Assembly (NCBI GenBank): GCA_036275055.1
Contig: DASUEN010000083.1
Location: 19,187 to 83,186, forward strand
Source: Thermoanaerobaculia bacterium
Lineage (GTDB): Bacteria; Acidobacteriota; Thermoanaerobaculia; Multivoradales; UBA5704
DNA length: 64,000 bases
Direction of reading: 5' to 3'
Every line of letters starts with the position of its first letter. The stretch's first letter is position 1. Below the pieces are notes generated by a model. The model was not told where the DNA came from, ran no database searches, and saw nothing but the letters and a program-made list of their open reading frames with translations. Both the position numbers and the translations under genes were made by a program. Below are positions 17,488 through 25,753 of this stretch, in pieces.

Positions 17488-17701
17488 GCCCAAGGATGCG
17501 AACCTGGAGATCGAGGCCCTTTCCGACGACGAGCTCGAGTCAGTCAGCGGAGGCAATACCACCACCAACTCGGGCGGCACCTGCACCACCAACGCGGGCG
17601 GCGTCTGCAGCACCGCTATCAACGGCGGCTGCACCACCAACACGGGTGGCACCTGCACCAACCTCCCAGCCCAACCCGCACAACAACTGAACGCCGACTG
17701 A
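17480..17701 (+). CDS. RiPP precursor, 73 aa, double-glycine leader plus Thr/Cys/Asn/Gly-rich core
   Basis: Leader MSKPKDANLEIEALSDDELESVSGG, then core NTTTNSGGTCTTNAGGVCSTAINGGCTTNTGGTCTNLPAQPAQQLNAD. The ATG overlaps the LanB-like stop by 8 nt. Confidence 0.75.
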   Translation: MSKPKDANLEIEALSDDELESVSGGNTTTNSGGTCTTNAGGVCSTAINGGCTTNTGGTCTNLPAQPAQQLNAD

Positions 17702-17715
17702 TGAATTGACCAGCC

Positions 17716-17733
17716 TGCCCTCGATCGTGAGGG
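17716..17733 (+). terminator. Weak hairpin just after the precursor gene (possible attenuator or RNA-stabilising structure)
   Basis: GCCCTC, loop GATCGT, GAGGGC, 15 nt after the stop. There is no U-tract, so this is not a strong terminator. Confidence 0.25.
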
Positions 17734-17766
17734 CGGGTTGGTCCCGTCCGCTAGAGAGGTTACGCG

Positions 17767-19011
17767 ATGAAGCATGACGTGAAGACTTTTGGCGATTTGA
17801 TTGCCCCTTTGTCTGCCGGCGACTTTTTCGCCAGCTACTGGGAGAAGGGGTTTTTGCATCTACAGAACGAGCCCGACCGGTTCTCCGGCTATTTTTCGCT
17901 GCGAGACGTCGATGGCTGGTTGACGTCGACACGGGGCAGACTCTGCATCACCGCCCCCGAGGGCGACGAAGCGCGCACCGATTGGTATCAACCCCAGGAA
18001 ATCAGCATGAGTATCGCCTATGCAGCCTTTGCAAGAGGCTGCTCGCTGGTATTGGATCGCATGGAGGACCGGCCCTCCCTCCAGGGTCTCGCCAAGGCCC
18101 TGGGAAGGGATTTCCATGCCGACGTCGGCATGGAGGCATTTTTGACCCCCCAGGGGGCGAAAACGTTTCCGACCCACGCCGCCGGACACGACCTTCTCAT
18201 CCTGCAGTTGGAAGGAGAGAAGATCTGGCAGCTTCATGAGTTCTCCCTGCTGCAGCTCAACCCCTCGGAGAAGACGAACTTCAAGTTCCCCCTGGAATGG
18301 TACGGACGCACCAAGACACCGGTCATTGCCGAAGTCTGCCTCAAGCCTGGCGACGTGCTCTACATTCCGCGCGGGATGCCCTACCAGGCCGTCGCCCAAA
18401 ACGGGGCTTGCCTTCACCTGTACGTCACCATCACTCCCTTGTTCTGGATGGATTTCTTGAAGGTCGCCGCCGAGTGCGCCGCCCTCCATTCCCAGGACGT
18501 GCGGAGAGCGCTGCCGCCTGGCTTCGTCGAGAGCCAAGAGATCTGTGAGCAGATGCGGAGCACCTTTCAGGACGTGATGAAGGTGTTTCAGGAAGTGACT
18601 TCCTTCGACGAGGTTCTCGCCGCGGTCAAGCGCAACCGTGTAAAGCGCCAAGACTTCCCACAGGATGGCCACTTCACCCAACTCCTGGAGCCCGCAGGGC
18701 TCACCGTCGATTCCGAGGTCGAGCGACGCCGAAACGTCCTCTGTTTCGTCGAAGAGATCGTCGACGTCGATCGGAACACCAAGAGCGCCATCTTCTTCGG
18801 CAAAGAACGGGTCACCGGCCCGCGGCATCTGCGCCGGGCGCTGGAGTTCATTCGGGATCAAGCCCGGTTCCGGGTGTCCGAGGTCCCCGGGCTCGACGAG
18901 AAGAGCCAGTTGACCCTGGTGCGCCGCCTGATCACCGAAGGACTGCTGCGGCGGGCCCTCGCGGCGGAGAGGATCGCTCAGCCGACGCCGGCGGTGCCGG
19001 TTTCAAGCTGA
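17767..19011 (+). CDS. Cupin-4 / JmjC ribosomal-oxygenase (ROX, YcfD/NO66-like) family protein with atypical metal-site residues
   Basis: ROX hallmarks FFASYWEKGFLHL, FLTPQGAKTFPTHAAGHDLLILQLEGEKIWQL, LKPGDVLYIPRGMPYQAVA, and a C-terminal winged-helix-like tail. The expected HxD...H positions read H-A-A ... Y. Confidence 0.75.
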   Translation: MKHDVKTFGDLIAPLSAGDFFASYWEKGFLHLQNEPDRFSGYFSLRDVDGWLTSTRGRLCITAPEGDEARTDWYQPQEISMSIAYAAFARGCSLVLDRMEDRPSLQGLAKALGRDFHADVGMEAFLTPQGAKTFPTHAAGHDLLILQLEGEKIWQLHEFSLLQLNPSEKTNFKFPLEWYGRTKTPVIAEVCLKPGDVLYIPRGMPYQAVAQNGACLHLYVTITPLFWMDFLKVAAECAALHSQDVRRALPPGFVESQEICEQMRSTFQDVMKVFQEVTSFDEVLAAVKRNRVKRQDFPQDGHFTQLLEPAGLTVDSEVERRRNVLCFVEEIVDVDRNTKSAIFFGKERVTGPRHLRRALEFIRDQARFRVSEVPGLDEKSQLTLVRRLITEGLLRRALAAERIAQPTPAVPVSS

Positions 19012-20088
19012 TGGCGCCTCACCTCTCTTCGGCGGCAACTCGACGAACGCGGAGAGCGCCGGTGGAAGCAGGGCGCGGAGGGCCTCTGCCGGTTCCTCGG
19101 AAAACCCTCGCGGCCCCCTTTCCCCGATCCAGGAGAGGTCTTCCTCGCCGCGGCTCAGCACCTCCTGGAGGGTCACTGTCAGGAGGCGGCTCAGGTAGAG
19201 CTCTTCCGCGTTGCTGAGCCCGAGACGGCTTGCCGTCATATGGAGGTGGCTCCCCCCCGTCCTCGCACGGGCGACGCGGTCGCCGGTTCCTTTCGCTTCC
19301 GAGAGACGGCCAGAGCCCGCCGCGAGGAGCTCCGCCGCGGACGCTGGAGGCTCGTTCTCCGCCTGCACGGAACGTACCCTGGCCAAACTTTCGCGGAAGA
19401 GCCGCAGGAAAAGCTCCCTTTGGGATACTGCGACCCGGTCGGCCTTCTCCACGACTTTCGACGCCCCTTCGCTCCACGAATCTACGCCATACCTCAGCAG
19501 ATCGAGTAATTCGGCTTCGTCAGCCGCGAAACCGAGGGCTTGCTGGAGCAAAAGGAGGAACGCTTGCGCGAGTAGAACCGAACGCGACGCGTCCCCATGC
19601 TTCGCCAGAAGCTCGATGGCCGCCACGCTCGATAGCGTGAAGACATCGAGAGAAGAGCGAAACAGGCCCGGGCCTCCGTAGCGTTCGACCTCGGGGCGAA
19701 ACGGTACCACCTGCAACGAGTTGTCCGGATAGATTGAGGTGTCGATCTCGTGGGGGTCGCCCGCCAGGATGTACTCGTTCGATCGCTGGATCACCTCTTC
19801 AGCCAGCGACTTTGTCGAAGGGGTCAGGTCGAAAAAGTCTCGTGCCAATCGTTGAACCTCTGCGAGCACGTGGTCTCTGAAGCCAGGACGAGCTCTCAGC
19901 CGCAGACGGACGTGAGGCCCACCCAGTGCATAGCGCACGAAGAAGAAAGCCTCGATCTGATCAGCCTTTACGAGAGAGATCACCACCGGATGGACAACGC
20001 CTCTCACGACGCGATCCGGGTCCTCGTGATAGTAGAGATGGCAGGAGATCCAGCGCTCCTGGACCTCGTCGAAGGGCTGGTCGGTCAC
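19003..20088 (-). CDS. LanB C-terminal (SpaB_C, thiopeptide-type) glutamate-elimination domain protein
   Basis: WISCHLYYHED...IEAFFFVRYALGGPHVRLRLRARPG is the signature opening of SpaB_C/thiopeptide-type bacteriocin biosynthesis domains. The GTG start overlaps the upstream stop (GTGA). Confidence 0.75.
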   Translation of the reverse strand: MTDQPFDEVQERWISCHLYYHEDPDRVVRGVVHPVVISLVKADQIEAFFFVRYALGGPHVRLRLRARPGFRDHVLAEVQRLARDFFDLTPSTKSLAEEVIQRSNEYILAGDPHEIDTSIYPDNSLQVVPFRPEVERYGGPGLFRSSLDVFTLSSVAAIELLAKHGDASRSVLLAQAFLLLLQQALGFAADEAELLDLLRYGVDSWSEGASKVVEKADRVAVSQRELFLRLFRESLARVRSVQAENEPPASAAELLAAGSGRLSEAKGTGDRVARARTGGSHLHMTASRLGLSNAEELYLSRLLTVTLQEVLSRGEEDLSWIGERGPRGFSEEPAEALRALLPPALSAFVELPPKRGEAPSA

Positions 20089-20627
20089 GTCACCATCACC
20101 CGCTTCACCATCCGGTCGAACCGCTCCCCTGCCAGGTAGACGCCGTCGAGCACGTTCGAGTCCAGCTCGTCGTCGTCCTCCTCGTCCTCACCCATGGCCG
20201 CCCCGGTGCCAAGGTCGCGGTGACGCTCGCGGACGGTGGTGGAGAGGTAGATCGCCAAAGCCCGGTAGAACCGCGCCGCGAAGCCCTGGTCCGCCGCCAG
20301 CTTGGCGTTGAGGGTGGCCTTGGCGAGGGCGAAGACAGTGGAGTCCTCGGCGGCGCGGACGGTGGCGGAGGGGGGCCGGGCGTCGACGAAGGACATTTCG
20401 CCTACGATCTCGCCGGCGTTGAGGCGGGCGAGCTCCCTTTCCGCTCCCCGCCGGGGGCGGAGGGAGACGGCGAGCCTTCCTTCCAGCAGGATGAAGACGG
20501 AGTCGACCGGCACCCCCTGCTCAATGAGGATGCCGCCGGCCGGGACGAACCGCTTCTGGCCGGCGCGGAGCATCCACTCGACGTCATCGTCGTTGAGCTG
20601 GCCGAAGAGGAAGAGGACTTTGCGCAT
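20085..20627 (-). CDS. Stand-alone cyclic nucleotide-binding domain protein
   Basis: cNMP-binding beta-barrel pattern GGILIEQGVPVDSVFILLEGRLAV...AGEIVGEMSFVDARPPSATVRA. Acidic linker, then a short C-terminal tail. Confidence 0.8.
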   Translation of the reverse strand: MRKVLFLFGQLNDDDVEWMLRAGQKRFVPAGGILIEQGVPVDSVFILLEGRLAVSLRPRRGAERELARLNAGEIVGEMSFVDARPPSATVRAAEDSTVFALAKATLNAKLAADQGFAARFYRALAIYLSTTVRERHRDLGTGAAMGEDEEDDDELDSNVLDGVYLAGERFDRMVKRVMVT

Positions 20628-20637
20628 GTTTGACTCC

Positions 20638-23532
20638 TCAGGCGATCTGCCTTTCGGCGAGACGGGCGAAGGGACCGTTGCTCCGCAGCAGCTCCTGGAA
20701 GGTGCCCTGCTCAGCGACCCTGCCGCCTTCGATGACGTAGATGCGGTCGGCGTTCTGGATGGTGCTCAGGCGGTGGGCGATGACGATCCGCGTCGCTTTC
20801 AGGCTCTCCAGGCTGTGGCTGACGATCTCCTGGGTGCGGTTGTCGAGGGCGCTGGTGGCCTCGTCGAAGAGGAGGATGCGCGGCCGGTGGACGATGGCGC
20901 GGGCGATCAGGATGCGCTGCTTCTGGCCGCCGGAGAAAGTCTCGGCCCCCTCGCTCACCACGGTGTGCATCCCCATGGGCATGGCCTTGACGTCATCCTC
21001 CAGCCCGGCGGCCCGCGCCGCCTCCCAGGCGTCGTCGATCCCCAAGTTGGCGCTCCCTACGATATTGGAGAAGATGCTCCCCGCCATAGGGCGGCCGCTT
21101 TGGAGGACGACACCGATCTGCCGCCGCACGGACTGCACGGCGAGCCCCGCCAGGTCCTGGCCGTCGAAGTAGATGGAGCCCGCAGTCGGCTTCTCGAAGC
21201 CGAGGATGAGGCGCAGGCAGGTGGACTTGCCCGCGCCCGAGGGCCCCACCAGGGCGATGAACTCGCCGGGGCCGGCGCGGAAGGAAACGTCGTCCAGCAC
21301 TAGGGGCGTCTCCTCGTGATAGCGGAAGGAGACGTGGCTGAACTCGATCTCCCCTGAAAGCTCGCCCGGCTCGGACTTCGACTCGTCCACCTCGGGCACG
21401 GTCTCCAGGATCGGTCGCAGGCGCTCATAGACTGGCACCGCGGCGAGCACGCTCGAGAAGACCGAGACCACAGACAGCGCCGCCGACAGGAACTGGCCGA
21501 AAGCGGCGTTGAAGGCCAGAAACTCGCCCAGGGGAAGGGACTCGTTCGAAACGAAACCCACCATGGCGAAGACGCCGAGCGAGGTGAGGACGCCGTAGAC
21601 CGCGTTGAACGCCGTCTGCGCGTTGGCGGCCCGCTGAGCCGCGAGGGTGCGGCGGCGCTGCTCGGCGAAACGCTCGGCCCAGCGGGCATAGGCCCGGGAC
21701 TCGGCGCCCGCCACCCGCAGCTTGGCGATGCCGTGAATGAGGCCGAAGAGGAGGCTCGCGATGCGCCCTTGGACCTCCAGGATGGCCCGCTGATGGCGGA
21801 GTTGGAGCCAGACGAGGACGGCCGTCACCACCACCAGGATCAACACCATGCCGGTGGCGAGAAGAGCGAGCCGCCAACTGTAGTAATAGAGCAGCGCGAA
21901 GCTGAAAACCGAGAAGACCGTCGCCAGGGCGAGGGAGAGGACATTGCCCGTGAGCAGGTCGCGGATGGTGTCGATCCCCAGTGCGCGGTTGGCCAGGTCG
22001 CCCACGGTGAAGCGCCGGAAGAAAGTGACGGGCAGGGCCAGCAGCCGGTCCCACACCGCGGACTGGACGGCGCCGTCCACCTTTCCCCCGAGGCGCAGGA
22101 CGGCGAGGCTGCGGATCACCTGGAAGATCGCTCCCGCCACCGAGGTGACGATCAGGGCCAGGGTGATCTGGAGCAGTTGGCTGCGGTCCGCCCCGGGGAT
22201 GACGCTGCCGAAGACCTGCCCCGTGAGGACCGGCACCAGGAGCCCCAGGAGCCCGCCGGCCAGCCCCATGAGAACGATCGTGGCAAGGTCGCGGCGGCGG
22301 CCCGCGAAGGCCATGCGCGCGAGGTCGCCCATTCCCACCGGCCGCGCCGGTAGGGGCGGATAGAGCATGTGGGCGTCGCCGCTCAAGGTCTCGGAGACGG
22401 CTTCGTCGACGCTCACCCGCGTCCCCGCCGCCGGATCGGCCAGCACGTAGCTCTGGGGCGAGGTAGGGAGGAGGGCGACGGGGCGGCGGGCCTTAGGGTC
22501 GTCCGGCGGGATCTGGAAGGCGACCAGAGGACCGTTGTCGCGGCGCCACCAGTCGTCGCGCAAGATCACCCGGCGGGAGCGGATCCGCGACGCGTTGCAA
22601 ATCTGCACCAGGAGGTCGCCCTGCTTGCCGGCGGGTTGCCCCTCCGGCCGGTCGCGGATCTCGATCCCCTGGGCCTCCCCCACCAGCCGGACGGCGGCGA
22701 GGATGGGAGAGGACTCCGCCGCCAGGGCGGCACCGGCCCGCGAAGACGCTTCGAGGACGGAGGCGAGCCGGGCGTAGGCACCGCGCAGCACGGAGCGGTC
22801 GAGGTCCCGCCTGCGCCCCAGGCGCTCACGTTCGAGCCCCTCCCCTTTCTCGCGGTCATAGGCAACGGCTTCGAGGCAGAGCTCGTGAAAGCGGGCGATC
22901 CCTGCCCAGAGCGCCCCATCCCGCAGCGCCTCGGCCGTACCGCAGGAGGTGAGCCGGGCCTCGCCGGCCGCCACCAGCCAGACGTCCTCGGGCACGGGAA
23001 AGAGCTCGCCCCCCTCGATCCCCAGCCGCTCGTCTCCCAGCAGGTACGTGCGCCCCTCCAGGTGCCGTACCCAGACGACGCCATCCCGGCTCCGGGCCAG
23101 CCGCCCCGGCTCCAGGCGGGTCTCCTCACCGGGGCGCAAACTCTCGAAGTTGCGCGGGAACGCGGGCCGTACCAGGCCGCCGCCGAGCCCCGCGAGCCAG
23201 GCGTCGAACTGGCCGGCCAGGCCGGGGATGTCAGCCGCCAGCAGCCGGCGCAGGCGCGTGCCGGGCGCTCCTACGGCGAGGAGCCCCAGGCCGTGGCCGC
23301 TTGCCGCCGCGGGCTCGAAGCCGCAAAGGATGCCGTCGGCGGAGACCGTGGAGAGATGGATGCGGGGGCCGGTTTCGCCTTGGGGAACGGCGAATACCTC
23401 GGCCATCCCCTCTTCGACGAGCCAGATCTCGCCGCCGGCGTCGAGGGGCAAGGGCGCGTTGCTGGCAATGGGAATGTCTGCGGGGGCGGGCTCTCCCGCC
23501 AGGACCGGCTGCGGCTCGGATGGGCTCGCCAT
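20638..23532 (-). CDS. NHLP/Nif11-type bacteriocin export ABC transporter, permease/ATPase subunit with N-terminal cNMP-binding-like domains (no peptidase)
   Basis: Walker A GPSGAGKST, signature FSGGQKQR, Walker B ILLFDEATSALD. Six-helix TMD. An N-terminal region of about 300 aa has beta-barrel-like repeats (IWLVEEGMAEVFAV...). Start taken at ATG 23532 (MASPSEPQP), 4 nt after the upstream stop. Confidence 0.85.
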   Translation of the reverse strand: MASPSEPQPVLAGEPAPADIPIASNAPLPLDAGGEIWLVEEGMAEVFAVPQGETGPRIHLSTVSADGILCGFEPAAASGHGLGLLAVGAPGTRLRRLLAADIPGLAGQFDAWLAGLGGGLVRPAFPRNFESLRPGEETRLEPGRLARSRDGVVWVRHLEGRTYLLGDERLGIEGGELFPVPEDVWLVAAGEARLTSCGTAEALRDGALWAGIARFHELCLEAVAYDREKGEGLERERLGRRRDLDRSVLRGAYARLASVLEASSRAGAALAAESSPILAAVRLVGEAQGIEIRDRPEGQPAGKQGDLLVQICNASRIRSRRVILRDDWWRRDNGPLVAFQIPPDDPKARRPVALLPTSPQSYVLADPAAGTRVSVDEAVSETLSGDAHMLYPPLPARPVGMGDLARMAFAGRRRDLATIVLMGLAGGLLGLLVPVLTGQVFGSVIPGADRSQLLQITLALIVTSVAGAIFQVIRSLAVLRLGGKVDGAVQSAVWDRLLALPVTFFRRFTVGDLANRALGIDTIRDLLTGNVLSLALATVFSVFSFALLYYYSWRLALLATGMVLILVVVTAVLVWLQLRHQRAILEVQGRIASLLFGLIHGIAKLRVAGAESRAYARWAERFAEQRRRTLAAQRAANAQTAFNAVYGVLTSLGVFAMVGFVSNESLPLGEFLAFNAAFGQFLSAALSVVSVFSSVLAAVPVYERLRPILETVPEVDESKSEPGELSGEIEFSHVSFRYHEETPLVLDDVSFRAGPGEFIALVGPSGAGKSTCLRLILGFEKPTAGSIYFDGQDLAGLAVQSVRRQIGVVLQSGRPMAGSIFSNIVGSANLGIDDAWEAARAAGLEDDVKAMPMGMHTVVSEGAETFSGGQKQRILIARAIVHRPRILLFDEATSALDNRTQEIVSHSLESLKATRIVIAHRLSTIQNADRIYVIEGGRVAEQGTFQELLRSNGPFARLAERQIA

Positions 23533-23536
23533 GGCC

Positions 23537-25753
23537 TCATTCAGTGCTGATAAGCCGGGAGTAGGGGCCTTCGACGACCCGAAGCTGGTCGTGGGTGCCG
23601 CGCTGCACCACCTTGCCGTGGTCGAGGACGAGGATCTCGTCCGCATCGCGAATGGTGCTCAGGCGGTGGGCGATGAGGAGGCAGGTGCAGCCGCGGCGGC
23701 GCAGGCGCTCGTCGATCTGGCTCTCGGTGGAGGGGTCGAGGGCGCTCGTCGCCTCGTCGAGGACGAGGATCGAGGGCCTCCCTACCAGGGCGCGGGCGAT
23801 CTCCAGGCGCTGGCGCTGGCCGCCGCTCCAGTTGGCCCCTCCCTCCTCGACCGGGCTGTCGTAGCCCCCCGGGCGGGCCGCCACGTCCTCGTGGATGGAA
23901 GCGTCCTTGGCCGCGGCCACCACTTCGGGCAGGGGAACGGTGGAGTCCCAGAGGGTCAGGTTCTCCCGCACGGTCCCCTCGAAGAGGAAGACGTTCTGAT
24001 CGACCGTGGCGAGCGAGCTCGCCAGCACCGCGGGCGGGATCGCCGAGCGCGGCTGGCCGTCGAAAAGGATCTCCCCCTCCCACGGCTGGTAGAGGCCGGT
24101 GACCAGGCGGGCGAGCGTCGACTTGCCGCTTCCCGAGCCCCCCACCAGGGCGACGCGGGAGCCGGGCTTGAGCGTCAGGCAAAGCCCCTCGACGAGCGGC
24201 GGATCGAGCCGGCTGTAACCGAAGGAGACTTGGCGCAGCTCCAGGCTGCCGGCGAGCTTGACGGCCTCTCCCTCCGCCGGCATCTCGTCGTCGAGCCCGG
24301 CCGCGGCGCCGGGGTCGATGCGGTAGCGCAGGACGTCGTCCAGCCGGTTCATGTCCCCCTCGACCGTTTGCAGCTTGCCGCCGAGGCTCACCAGCCGGGT
24401 GACCGGAGCGATGAAGGCGGCCATCAGGAGCTGGTAGGCCACCAGGCCGCCCACGGAGAGCGAACCGCTCATCACCCGCACACCGCCGATCCCCAGGATC
24501 AGCGCCGAGTTGATCGCCGACAGCAGGCCCGGCCCGGCGTCGAGAAGTTGGGTGTAGCGTTCGAGCTCCTGCCGGCCGTTGACCACCTTGGCCTGGTAGC
24601 CGGCCCAACGGGAGAAGAGGTCGGACTCACCGCCCGTGGCCTTCAAGGTCTCGATGGTCTGCAAGCCGCCGATGGCCGTGCCCAGCAGCTTCCCCTGGTC
24701 CTGCACGAGGCGGCGGTTGCCGTCCACCCGCCGGCGCGAGACGTACTTCAAAGCCGCCACGTTGAGCGACACCACGGCGATTCCCACCAGGGTCAGCACC
24801 ACGTCGTACTGGAAGAGGAGCACGGCGAAGAAGGCGATCATCACGGCGCCCAAGGCGTTGGTCGCCAGATCGCGTGACAGGAGCTGGGCCACGCGGTCGT
24901 TGATCGCCACCCGCGAGCTGACGTCCCCCGCGAAGCGCTGGCTGAAGAACTCCGAGGGAAGGCGCAGCACGTGCCAGAGGAACCGGGACGAGCCCCCTAC
25001 CGCCATACGGGTCTCCAGACGCAGGAGATAGCTCTGCTGCAACCAGGTGAGGGCCCCCAGCAGCACGGCGGCGGCGCCCATGGCGAGGAGCAGCGGCGGC
25101 AGCCACTCGCGATGCCCTTCCAAGAGGACGCTATCGAGGAAGACCTTGGAGAAGACCGGCACCACCATCCCCGGAATGGCGAGCGCCAGGCCGGCGAGCA
25201 CCACGAAGACCAGGGCAGCCTTGGTGCCGGCCAGGCGGCTCTTCAACGCCGGGACGAGGCTCGGCGGGTCGCCCCGCTTCGCGAACTCGGGACCAGGCGA
25301 AAACGTCAGCACGACACCGGTGAAGGCCTGGTCCAGCTCTTCCTCGGTGACCGTCCGCGGCCCGGTGCCGGGGTCGTTGAGATAGACCCGCCCTTTGCGG
25401 ATACCCTCCAATACTACGAAGTGGTTGAAGTTCCAGTGCAGGATCATGGGGGGATGGACGGCACGCAGCGACTGGGGCTCCCGCTTGTAGCCCTTGGCTT
25501 CGAGGCCGTAGGTGCGGGCGGCCTTGACCATGTTGCTCGCCTTGCTGCCGTCGCGCGAGACGCCGCAGGCCACCCGCAGCTCTTCGAGCGGCACCCAGCG
25601 GCCATAGTGGGCGAGGACGATGGCGAGCGCCGCCGCGCCGCACTCGACGGCCTCCATCTGCAGGACGGTGGGGGTCCGCACCCGCGCCTTGGGCCGCTCT
25701 GCCGGCGGGCGCTGCCGGCGGAATTTCTCCTGGAGGCTGGCCAGGAACGGCAT
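23537..25753 (-). CDS. NHLP/Nif11-type bacteriocin export ABC transporter with N-terminal C39 peptidase domain
   Basis: C39 catalytic-Cys region VLQMEAVECGAAALAIVLAHYG plus HWNFNHFVVLEG. Walker A GGSGSGKST, signature WSGGQRQR, Walker B ILVLDEATSALD. Confidence 0.9.
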   Translation of the reverse strand: MPFLASLQEKFRRQRPPAERPKARVRTPTVLQMEAVECGAAALAIVLAHYGRWVPLEELRVACGVSRDGSKASNMVKAARTYGLEAKGYKREPQSLRAVHPPMILHWNFNHFVVLEGIRKGRVYLNDPGTGPRTVTEEELDQAFTGVVLTFSPGPEFAKRGDPPSLVPALKSRLAGTKAALVFVVLAGLALAIPGMVVPVFSKVFLDSVLLEGHREWLPPLLLAMGAAAVLLGALTWLQQSYLLRLETRMAVGGSSRFLWHVLRLPSEFFSQRFAGDVSSRVAINDRVAQLLSRDLATNALGAVMIAFFAVLLFQYDVVLTLVGIAVVSLNVAALKYVSRRRVDGNRRLVQDQGKLLGTAIGGLQTIETLKATGGESDLFSRWAGYQAKVVNGRQELERYTQLLDAGPGLLSAINSALILGIGGVRVMSGSLSVGGLVAYQLLMAAFIAPVTRLVSLGGKLQTVEGDMNRLDDVLRYRIDPGAAAGLDDEMPAEGEAVKLAGSLELRQVSFGYSRLDPPLVEGLCLTLKPGSRVALVGGSGSGKSTLARLVTGLYQPWEGEILFDGQPRSAIPPAVLASSLATVDQNVFLFEGTVRENLTLWDSTVPLPEVVAAAKDASIHEDVAARPGGYDSPVEEGGANWSGGQRQRLEIARALVGRPSILVLDEATSALDPSTESQIDERLRRRGCTCLLIAHRLSTIRDADEILVLDHGKVVQRGTHDQLRVVEGPYSRLISTE

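Noticed and set aside
17767-19011. Fe/2OG halogenase interpretation of the H-x-A motif
   Set aside because: Halogenases keep the distal His, and here that position reads Tyr. A simple SyrB2-like site is therefore unlikely. It is kept only as a caveat in the finding.
22949-24877. 642-aa plus-strand ORF (and similar ones at 20302..21303, 24971..26455 and 26973..28532) across the exporter operon
   Set aside because: All are antisense to ABC/HlyD/TolC genes that carry clear Walker, C39 and coiled-coil signatures. Composition is shadow-like.
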